A DNA stretch of 10,327 nt, from positions 1 through 10,327 of the forward strand of contig RDOA01000077.1 in assembly GCA_011364925.1 (NCBI GenBank), in the 5' to 3' direction. Position 1 is the first letter of the stretch. Each line of letters opens with the position of its first letter. Below are positions 1 through 7,067 of this stretch, in pieces. The translations under genes were made by a program, and so were the position numbers. The DNA is from Promethearchaeota archaeon. Its GTDB lineage: Archaea > Asgardarchaeota > Lokiarchaeia > Sigyniarchaeales > SOKP01. The notes beneath the pieces were generated by a model. That model did no database searches. It had not been told where the DNA came from and was given only the letters and a program-made list of their open reading frames with translations.

Positions 1-415
1 CTCTTTGCTTTGGATCGTTATCCGTTCTATATCCGACAAAACCACCAAATTTATCGTAAGGAAATGGCACTCCCAGTTGAACTAAATGAAAAAATTCTCT
101 TACAGAATTCGTCGATTCAATCAAGGCTATGTCTCCATGCATCGCTCCTCCTGAAAACAAATCTTTTGCCATTTCAACGGGAGAATCAGCTTGATCCCCA
201 ACGATAGACAGTTTGTAATACGTTTGTTTATCAGATCCTGCATTGAAAGAAGTTCCAGCTCCCAATTCTTCAGTTACTAACGCAATCTGCCATGGAGCGA
301 TTCCTTCTTCTACTAAATGAATCGCACAATTAAGTCCTGCTGCTCCCGTTCCTATTATAACTGTATTATATTCTAAAACTTCAATTTCTTGCAGATCAAT
401 ATCGAATTTTTCCAT
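1..415 (-). CDS. FAD-binding oxidoreductase, SdhA/FrdA/NadB-like flavoprotein superfamily (N-terminal 138 aa; continues beyond the left edge)
   Basis: Manual translation of the minus strand from ATG (415-413): MEKFDIDLQEIEVLEYNTVIIGTGAAGLNCAIHLVEEG...ELGAGTSFNAGSDKQTYYKL...FHLVQLGVPF...RTDNDPKQR, open to the window edge. It has a Rossmann GxGxxG (IIGTGAAG) and the L..LGVPF segment typical of FAD_binding_2 flavoproteins. It starts 9 nt after the SDR stop, with GGAAGG (SD-like) in the spacer. Confidence 0.85.
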   Translation of the reverse strand, partial: MEKFDIDLQEIEVLEYNTVIIGTGAAGLNCAIHLVEEGIAPWQIALVTEELGAGTSFNAGSDKQTYYKLSIVGDQADSPVEMAKDLFSGGAMHGDIALIESTNSVREFFHLVQLGVPFPYDKFGGFVGYRTDNDPKQR

Positions 416-424
416 AATCCTTCC

Positions 425-1225
425 CTACAATCTTTGCAGATGAAATCCTCCATCGATATCGAGAACTAATCCCGTCGAATAGGGTAAAAGTCCAGAGACA
501 ATAGCACCGACCGGTTTAGCGATATCAATTGGCTTCCCCCATCTCCTTATTGGTGTTAAACCTTCATTTATTAATCTTTCATAATTATCGTGAACTTTTT
601 CTGTCATAGGGGTGTCAATAATACCAGGAGAAATTTCATACACAGGGATTCCGTATTCGGCTAATCTTACTCCAAACAATTTCGTCACCATATTCAAAGC
701 AGATTTCGAAAGACAGTATTCTCCTCTGTTAGTAGAAGCGGTAAAACGACTAATTGAGGAAATGTTAATAATGTAAGGTTGATACGCTTCTTTTAATTGC
801 TCGCGTAATCGAATCATCCATTTAGATATGGTTTGCGTTAAAAAATAGGGTCCCTTTAAATTAGTTGCCATCACCCGATCGTAGGATTCCTCCGAAGTTT
901 CTAAAATGTCTTTTCTGATTATCGGTGCCACTCCCGCGTTGTTAACCAAAACATCGATTCTCTTAAATTTTTCTTCAATTTTCCTTATTAATGATTCACG
1001 ATCTTTTTTTTTGCTTACATCCGCTTGTACATGTAAAACTCTATTGGCTATATCCTCACCATAAATAGTTCTTAACTCAGACTTATACTCATCCGATAGA
1101 CTTTTTGTAGCAGCTCCATTTATTACAACAGAATAATCCAATTTAGCTAGTTCCACTATAATAGCTTTCCCAATTCCATGAGTACTTCCAGTAACTAATA
1201 GAACTTTTTTATCATGTAGTTCCAT
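425..1225 (-). CDS. Classical short-chain dehydrogenase/reductase (FabG-like / 3-ketoacyl-ACP reductase family)
   Basis: TGxxxGxG (TGSTHGIG), ADVS, NNAG, catalytic Ser in NISSIS, YxxxK (YCLSK), PGxxxT (PGIIDT) and C-terminal DGG motifs. The substrate cannot be assigned. Confidence 0.93.
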   Translation of the reverse strand: MELHDKKVLLVTGSTHGIGKAIIVELAKLDYSVVINGAATKSLSDEYKSELRTIYGEDIANRVLHVQADVSKKKDRESLIRKIEEKFKRIDVLVNNAGVAPIIRKDILETSEESYDRVMATNLKGPYFLTQTISKWMIRLREQLKEAYQPYIINISSISRFTASTNRGEYCLSKSALNMVTKLFGVRLAEYGIPVYEISPGIIDTPMTEKVHDNYERLINEGLTPIRRWGKPIDIAKPVGAIVSGLLPYSTGLVLDIDGGFHLQRL

Positions 1226-1332
1226 AGATTATAATTTATTTTATTGTCTTAAAATTGTTTTCAATTAGCAACCATAATTACCGCAGAAAAATCTAAAAGA
1301 TTTATTATCTCATTATCTTAAATTTAATTGTT
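1226..1332. promoter_or_regulatory. Divergent promoter region between the SDR operon and nnr
   Basis: 107-bp very AT-rich spacer between head-to-head start codons, with several TATA-like runs. Exact elements cannot be resolved. Confidence 0.45.
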
Positions 1333-2907
1333 ATGGAAAGATTTATATCGAAAAAAATTTCTTCTGAAGAATTATCAGTTTTAGATAATAATTCAGAGTG
1401 GTTAGGAATCCCAAAAAGTCATTTAATGGAGTGTGCTGGATATTCATTTGCAAACGAGATAATCGCTCAAGGGTTTGTGAAAGAAAAGACAAAAATTGCT
1501 ATTTTTTGTGGGACAGGAAATAACGGAGGAGATGGTTTTGTTGTAGCACGCCATTTATCTTCCTTTGGAGCAAAAGTTTTAGTCATTTTGGTTGGTATGT
1601 CAGAAAATATAAGAACGGAAGAAGCTCAATTTAACTGGAAGATAATTACTAACAGTCTTACCTACTCCATCAAAATTGAGTTTATTAAGGATTCAACTGA
1701 TACAAAAAAGATTATGGACATTTTAAAAAAAGATCAAGAATACTGTTTAATTATCGACGCCTTATTAGGCACGGGAGTTAAGGGAAAAATAAGAGAACCC
1801 ATTGCTACTACAATAGACATGATAAACAAACTCAGAGAACAAGTAGATTATATAAAGGTAGCCTCAATTGATGTTCCCTCGGGATTAGATCCAGATACGG
1901 GAAAAATTCCAGATAAGGTCGTACATTCTGATTTAGTAATTACATTTCATAGAGTTAAAAAAGGACTGAAAGCTACTAAAGAATACCAGATAATCGAAAA
2001 GTCGATAGGTATTCCTCCTGAAGCCAGCATTTTTGTTGGGAAAGGTGATGTGTTACCTAACTTGAAAATCAGAAATATTGACAATCATAAAGGAGAATTT
2101 GGGAGGGTATTAGTTATTGGAGGCTCAAAAAACTACTCAGGCGCTCCAGCATACGCTTCGTTGGCGTGTATTAACTTCGGATGCGATCTAGTGATAACTT
2201 ACGTTCCAGAGATAGTTGGGGATGTATTACGCTCTTATTCTCCGAACCTGATTGTGAGAACTAGTCCAGGAGATTGGTTGACAACAAAAGCTTACGAAGA
2301 AATCGCGTTCCTTGCTGAATGGGCAAACACAATTGTCATAGGCCCTGGATTAGGAACTCAAAAAGCAAGTGAAGAACTCTTAATAAAAATATTTGAAAAT
2401 CATGAACTATCTAAAAAATATTTCGTTATTGATGCTGACGCCTTGAAGCTGATAAAAACACACTTAGATTTAATAAAAGGGAAAAATGTAATCTTAACCC
2501 CACACGCGGGAGAATTAAAAATCCTCACAGATATTGATTTACCACCCTTTAATGAGATTGAGAGAAGAGGAACTGAAATTTACAAGATAGCTAGAGAATT
2601 AGATGTAACTCTACTCGTTAAAGGCCCATACGATTATATTAGTAACGGAGAAAAATTAAAAATTAACAAAACGGGATGCCCAGAAATGTCTATTGGTGGT
2701 ACAGGCGATGTATTGGCTGGTTTATGCGCTAGTTTCTTAACTACTGGAAGTGAGTTGTTTCAAGCTGCCTGCTCTTCTGCTTTTATAAACGGTTATATTG
2801 GCGAATTTTGTAAGAAGTCAATAGGTCCCCGATTTACATCCACAGATATGATACACAACATAAACGCGGGAATATTAGATTTTCGGACGAATAAATCGTC
2901 GTACTAA
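1333..2907 (+). CDS. nnr: Bifunctional NAD(P)H-hydrate repair enzyme (YjeF-N epimerase plus ADP-dependent dehydratase)
   Basis: N-domain: LMExAG, GxGNNGGDG, DALLGTG, DVPSG, DLVITF. C-domain: HKGEFGRVLVIGGS, YSGAP, GPGLG, DADAL, LTPHAGE, GGTGDVLAG. Confidence 0.96.
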   Translation: MERFISKKISSEELSVLDNNSEWLGIPKSHLMECAGYSFANEIIAQGFVKEKTKIAIFCGTGNNGGDGFVVARHLSSFGAKVLVILVGMSENIRTEEAQFNWKIITNSLTYSIKIEFIKDSTDTKKIMDILKKDQEYCLIIDALLGTGVKGKIREPIATTIDMINKLREQVDYIKVASIDVPSGLDPDTGKIPDKVVHSDLVITFHRVKKGLKATKEYQIIEKSIGIPPEASIFVGKGDVLPNLKIRNIDNHKGEFGRVLVIGGSKNYSGAPAYASLACINFGCDLVITYVPEIVGDVLRSYSPNLIVRTSPGDWLTTKAYEEIAFLAEWANTIVIGPGLGTQKASEELLIKIFENHELSKKYFVIDADALKLIKTHLDLIKGKNVILTPHAGELKILTDIDLPPFNEIERRGTEIYKIARELDVTLLVKGPYDYISNGEKLKINKTGCPEMSIGGTGDVLAGLCASFLTTGSELFQAACSSAFINGYIGEFCKKSIGPRFTSTDMIHNINAGILDFRTNKSSY

Positions 2908-3117
2908 TAGATTACTCTTACAATTTTTCAAAATTGATAATGTTGAATAGCAATTTTAATACATAAATTATCTTAAAAATTACATTTTTAAGTGATTAAT
3001 TCACATCTTATTTAGAAAAATTTATTTCATAAACGTTTATTAACATTTAACCTATTATTATAGTATAAAATTTTATTCTTTCAATAGCAGAGAAAAAATG
3101 GTTGGTTGAGATTATAA

Positions 3118-3957
3118 ATGGGTACGCAAGTTTTCAAAATCAATCCGGACGGCACCACAACTGAAATTAAGACTGACGGTTCCATTAAAGACGAACTCAA
3201 AACTGAAGAGTGTTACGTAGTCGTAGCTGACGAGTATCGAAAAGTATATCTATGGAAAGGCATTGAGAGTAACGTAAGATCCAAATTTATAGGAGCAAAA
3301 CGGAGTCAGGAAATTCGTGGTCAAGTAGGACTTATGTATGCGGTAATTCCTCTGGATGAAGGCGACGAGGAACCAGATTTTCTAAAACTTATTGGAGGAA
3401 AAACTGAAGGTGGTATCGCAAAAGAGATTGTAGCAGAGAAAGCAAAAATTGCACCTCCATCAACTCATCCTCTCCGTGAAAAAGATCCTTTTGGAATTCC
3501 CGAGCCTGCTGAAGGAATGAATATCGCTGGTTCGAAAGATAGAGCGGAAAACACGGGTCCTTTATATACTGGTAAAGAATCGTTTTCTTCGTTTGTTCAA
3601 GAAGACACGCACATTAATTTTGACGAAATTATGAAAAAATTAGAGGAGATAAAAATACCTGATGGCTTTGAAAGAGAATTAATCATCATTGGCGATCACG
3701 CTTACTCTGTTGTCGAGAAAGTTCAAAATTTCCTTGGAGAGAAACAAGTAACTAAAGAGATCTCGCGAGTTGGTGCGATTCCTGAGGGAGTATTTTTCGC
3801 CGAGGATTATTCTCCTCGAATACTATCCGAAAACGGTAAAATCCTCGCAATAGAATTTCTTAAACGCATAAGTGGTCCAATGGATGCTAAAGTCCAATAT
3901 AAATCCAAGAAAGACATTTTGAAAGATCAAATCAAAACGCAGTTAGAGTATAAATAA
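3118..3957 (+). CDS. Gelsolin-domain protein (one gelsolin repeat at aa ~1-94, linker, unknown C-terminal domain; 1DGelX-type architecture)
   Basis: LKTEECYVV...KVYLWKGIES...KFIGA...IRG...LDEGDEEPDFLKLIGG matches the gelsolin repeat consensus (L...dcfild....iyvW.G..s......a......v.eG.E...F...lgg). Confidence 0.85.
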   Translation: MGTQVFKINPDGTTTEIKTDGSIKDELKTEECYVVVADEYRKVYLWKGIESNVRSKFIGAKRSQEIRGQVGLMYAVIPLDEGDEEPDFLKLIGGKTEGGIAKEIVAEKAKIAPPSTHPLREKDPFGIPEPAEGMNIAGSKDRAENTGPLYTGKESFSSFVQEDTHINFDEIMKKLEEIKIPDGFERELIIIGDHAYSVVEKVQNFLGEKQVTKEISRVGAIPEGVFFAEDYSPRILSENGKILAIEFLKRISGPMDAKVQYKSKKDILKDQIKTQLEYK

Positions 3958-4018
3958 CTTGCTATTTTAGCGCTCTTTTACCAATTTTTATTTATATCTT
4001 CATAACAATACATTTCAA

Positions 4019-4029
4019 TTTCTTTTTCT
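4019..4029 (+). terminator. Possible archaeal oligo-T terminator after the gelsolin gene
   Basis: TTTCTTTTTCT about 60 nt after the stop, with further T-runs at ~3974-4000. The AT-rich background lowers specificity. Confidence 0.3.
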
Positions 4030-4186
4030 CTAAAAAAATTTTTGAAGCATCTCAAAAAGTCGATCGAATAACAAAGCAATTTATAGGAAAAACCTATTAT
4101 TGTTATAAATATAAATATTTAAGTCAAAAAATTATATTCTATATTAAAGATAGAAGAATTAAAATTAAAAGTCAGAGATTATTCAA

Positions 4187-4576
4187 ATGAGCGATTTAAC
4201 TCAGGAACAAGCCCATAGTCTTTCAAAATTTCTCGGAAATATAACTGAACACACTGAATTAGAAGCTCTTGCGTTGGTAACTAATGATGGCTTACGACTC
4301 GCTTTCTCGTGTATCCCTGATTACGACGTAGACCCCGACTTATTTTCAAGCTTAAGTGCCGTAGTAATGCAAAGCGGTCATGATGCTATCAATTCTTTGG
4401 GATATAATAATTTATTAGAAGTCGTTTTGAGAGGAACTAACGCTTTTATCATTCTTAGCGGAGCCGGACGGTTTTTCCTAATGGGAGCTAGCAGAAAGAT
4501 TGAAGACTTAGGCAAAATAGTAACCGTATTTCGCTATTACGCAGGCGAAATCGGCAAAAGGTATCCTATTAAATAA
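4187..4576 (+). CDS. Roadblock/LC7 (MglB/LAMTOR-like) domain protein
   Basis: 129 aa with the family pattern: N-helix, ALALVTNDGLRLA strand pair, DPDLFSSLSA helix, LG..LLEVVLRG...IIL..AG.FFL strands and LGKI C-terminal helix. Confidence 0.9.
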   Translation: MSDLTQEQAHSLSKFLGNITEHTELEALALVTNDGLRLAFSCIPDYDVDPDLFSSLSAVVMQSGHDAINSLGYNNLLEVVLRGTNAFIILSGAGRFFLMGASRKIEDLGKIVTVFRYYAGEIGKRYPIK

Positions 4577-4639
4577 TGTTTGAACGATCTTTATTCTAAT
4601 AAAAAATCAAAATTAACGAACAATCAAAGTTGATGTTTA

Positions 4640-6916
4640 ATGCCTGAAGTTAAGATTTTTGTTGATGTAAGCGAAAGTACTTCGAATAAAGTAGTGATCT
4701 GCCAAGAAAATGCTGAAAAACTAGGAGTTAAAAATGGTTCTTCAATTGGAGTTCAAAACCCAGACAACGGTAAAACTACGACTGCCGTCATTGAAATCTC
4801 TAATATGGTGTTAGATTTCGCAGGACAAGTTTCTAAAAATATTGTTGATTCACTTGACTTTATGGGAGTAGAGTTAATTCTTCGACCAACAGGTGCTGCT
4901 GAATTACCCACTCCTACAATACAGGCTCCAAAACTTCCGAAAGCGGCACCAACAACTCCTACTCCTGCTTCACCATCTAAACCATCGTTAACGCCACTAC
5001 CATCCAAACCACCTCAATTAACGCCTGATAGACCAAAACCTCAACCACTCCCAACCTCAACACCCACTCCTCCATCGCCTGTTCCAGAACACATTCCGGC
5101 GCCTATTCCGCAATTTGAGCCTACACCCCCACCTCAATTAATACCTAAGCAAACTCCTCCTCCCATTGATACACCCAGACCCACTCCTTTACCACAACCA
5201 ACCATGGCACCTACGCCACAAATGACTCCTACTCCAGCCCCACCAACGCCAATGCCTTTGCCTCAAGCTCCACCACCTCAAATGAGTCCCCCGCCCCCAG
5301 GTCAAATCCCAACACCGAGTACGGGACAGGATTTTGCTGCTCCAGCAGCTCCCGCAGAACCATACCCGAATAAAATTGATGTAAACATGTTAACGAGCCA
5401 AAAAGGCGGTCTTACTCTAACTCCCGTTGTGGACAACTCCGTTGAAGGAGGCCGCGTTCAATTAAGTTCTACCGTTATTCAACAACTAGGTTTAGGACAA
5501 GGAATGCTAATCGCGTGGGAGGACCCTCTTACGCGCTCGGTAGGTTCTGCAAGAATAGACCAAGGCATGATAGGACAAACTGAAATTAGAATGAGTAGAG
5601 ATACGAAACAAGACACGAATATCGCTGCGGGGCAAATAGCAGTGTTTTCAACCGAACCTCCAATCCAAAAAGCTTCCGAAATTATGCTGGAAGTACAATC
5701 GCAGCCAAATTTGATGGGATACGCATTAGTAAGCCCAAGAACGCAGCACACCCTCTCACTTGTTCAAGATAATATCCTTGCATTTGAAGACGAACTCACA
5801 GGAGCTATAGGAGCGGGAAAAGTTGACATTGCTGAATCCGTTCCGGATAACACCATTATTATCGACAGCGAGATTTTAGAAGCGTCAGGAATCGGTAGTT
5901 TTGAAGTTAAAGTCTATAAAAATCTTCGACCAATAATCCCCCTTCAAAACATCTCCTTAGGGATTTCTCCCATATCCGGCGAAAATATGTGGGAGATTAT
6001 TAGCACCGCTCGACAGAATGTTGCTTCTCTTAAGGGTTGGTTAGCAAATTATGTAATTTTCAAGGGAATAAAATTGAGATGGAACGCCGTAAATATTGCG
6101 TGCTCTATACTTACAACAACTCCAGATTTAACAGGCGATATTTTAGCTCAGGTAACTGAGAATACAGCAATTAATCTTAGCCCTACCGGCTTAGTCCCGT
6201 TCAATGCTATATTAATAATTGATATAAGCCGTTCGATGATGGCCAGGGATGTTTTTGTAACTAATATCGCTCCTGCTATTGAAGGAATTAAAGCAGCTAT
6301 GGAATCTCGTGAAATTCAGGAATTTTTAAAGCATTTTAAACCTGGCATTAATATCCCTAGAAGAATTTCAGCGGCATTTGCTGCAGTCCTCTTTTTAAGT
6401 GAAAAAGTTGGAAGAGGTTTTGGTGAAAAAGTCTCCGTTATTCGTTTTGCCGACGAGGCTCAGATTTTACCTTTTGGAAATAGTTATTATATGGATTCAG
6501 CGAGTGGGAAGAAGGGGGTATTAGAAGATGCCGCACGCATGATTGTAGACAGAATTGGAAATAGCTACGGCCAGGCGACTAATATGAGCGATGCGATGAA
6601 CAAGGCGCATCAAGTTTTAGTTGAATTCGACAAAATGAGCCCTGGAAATCCACAACCAACGATGATTGTCCTCTTAACCGATGGTATTCCTACCGACAGT
6701 GATGCTTTTCTGAGATCGGTCAAAATATTCCAAGAGAATCCCAATGTAGTGATCTATATTGTTGGACTCGGGAATCCTGACGATGATTTGATGACTAGAG
6801 CAGCTCAATTATGCGGTGGTGAGTACTTCAAACCAGAAGATGCTGGAGAATTACTAATTTGGTATTCTAAGAGAGCTAGAGATTTAACTGTTAAGATGAA
6901 GTCTCACAAGGAGTAG
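4640..6916 (+). CDS. Multidomain protein: Cdc48-N-like double-psi barrel, Pro-rich linker, two more barrels, Cdc48-Nc-like subdomain, vWA (MIDAS intact); no AAA domain
   Basis: vWA at aa ~521-758: ILIIDISRSM (DxSxS), VSVIRF, ATNMSDAM (T), IVLLTDG (D), IYIVGLG, GGEYF. Three ~85-aa repeats (aa 1-83, 257-340, 345-428) share the pattern V.(I/L/V)......L(G/S)(V/L)..(G/D)..(I/L)...(N/D)(P/E)......A.(I/V), typical of Cdc48/VAT N-domain barrels. aa 433-515 (..VIFKG...ILTTTP..G..AQVTENTAI.L) resembles the CDC48_2 subdomain. No Walker A/B motif. The vWA call is firm; the Cdc48-N call is by eye. Confidence 0.8.
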   Translation: MPEVKIFVDVSESTSNKVVICQENAEKLGVKNGSSIGVQNPDNGKTTTAVIEISNMVLDFAGQVSKNIVDSLDFMGVELILRPTGAAELPTPTIQAPKLPKAAPTTPTPASPSKPSLTPLPSKPPQLTPDRPKPQPLPTSTPTPPSPVPEHIPAPIPQFEPTPPPQLIPKQTPPPIDTPRPTPLPQPTMAPTPQMTPTPAPPTPMPLPQAPPPQMSPPPPGQIPTPSTGQDFAAPAAPAEPYPNKIDVNMLTSQKGGLTLTPVVDNSVEGGRVQLSSTVIQQLGLGQGMLIAWEDPLTRSVGSARIDQGMIGQTEIRMSRDTKQDTNIAAGQIAVFSTEPPIQKASEIMLEVQSQPNLMGYALVSPRTQHTLSLVQDNILAFEDELTGAIGAGKVDIAESVPDNTIIIDSEILEASGIGSFEVKVYKNLRPIIPLQNISLGISPISGENMWEIISTARQNVASLKGWLANYVIFKGIKLRWNAVNIACSILTTTPDLTGDILAQVTENTAINLSPTGLVPFNAILIIDISRSMMARDVFVTNIAPAIEGIKAAMESREIQEFLKHFKPGINIPRRISAAFAAVLFLSEKVGRGFGEKVSVIRFADEAQILPFGNSYYMDSASGKKGVLEDAARMIVDRIGNSYGQATNMSDAMNKAHQVLVEFDKMSPGNPQPTMIVLLTDGIPTDSDAFLRSVKIFQENPNVVIYIVGLGNPDDDLMTRAAQLCGGEYFKPEDAGELLIWYSKRARDLTVKMKSHKE
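4907..5368 (+). repeat. Low-complexity Pro/Thr-rich coding segment with a recurring xPQ[LM]xP motif
   Basis: aa 90-243: 61 Pro in 154 residues by hand count. PPQLTP, PPQLIP, TPQMTP and PPQMSP occur. The DNA 13-mer CCACCTCAATTAA is at 5009-5021 and 5129-5141, with the variant CCACCTCAAATG at 5273-5284. Confidence 0.85.
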
Positions 6917-6922
6917 CATCTA

Positions 6923-6950
6923 ATTTAATTTTTTATTTAACTTAATTTTT
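6923..6950 (+). terminator. Possible oligo-T terminator after the vWA gene
   Basis: T6 run at 6929-6934 and T5 at 6946-6950 directly after the TAG at 6914-6916. Confidence 0.35.
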
Positions 6951-6999
6951 AGAGGATTACACAATTTTGAATGAAATCTTCGTTAATACTGAGATATTT

Positions 7000-7016
7000 G
7001 TATAAAATTTTTATAC
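7000..7016. promoter_or_regulatory. Perfect inverted repeat GTATAAAA-T-TTTTATAC overlapping a TATA-like element; candidate operator
   Basis: 8-bp perfect arms with a 1-nt spacer, ending 51 nt upstream of the AbrB-ACT start. It contains TTTATA. Confidence 0.45.
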
Positions 7017-7067
7017 TTATAATTTAATAATAATTATAATAAAATCAAACAAATAGAGTTCAGATTC

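Noticed and set aside
10-207. 65-aa plus-strand ORF from the track
   Set aside because: It lies antisense within the motif-bearing FAD-oxidoreductase gene (1-415, minus) and has no recognisable features, so it is a shadow ORF.
3098-3109. Tiny upstream ORF ATG GTT GGT TGA (MVG*) before the gelsolin gene
   Set aside because: Only three codons; more simply explained as the G-rich ribosome-binding region.
4753-5007. 84-aa minus-strand Gly/Val-rich ORF
   Set aside because: Antisense shadow of the vWA gene; the Gly/Val bias is the reverse complement of Pro/Thr codons.
4907-5368. ESCRT late-domain motifs (PTAP/PSAP, PPxY, YPxL) in the Pro-rich tract
   Set aside because: Only near-misses (PTPAP, PTMAP, PYPNK), which are expected by chance in such composition.
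5479-5751. 90-aa minus-strand Cys-rich ORF
   Set aside because: Fully antisense to a well-supported CDS, with no coherent metal-binding pattern.
3118-6916. Split Sec23/Sec24 (gelsolin + vWA trunk) with a Sec31-like Pro-rich region
   Set aside because: No zinc finger, beta-sandwich or helical domain of Sec23/24 is visible. The vWA has a canonical MIDAS and is preceded by Cdc48-N-like repeats instead.
4640-6916. Cdc48/p97 ATPase or a pseudogene of one
   Set aside because: No Walker A/B or second region of homology, and the ORF is intact and ends in a complete vWA domain.
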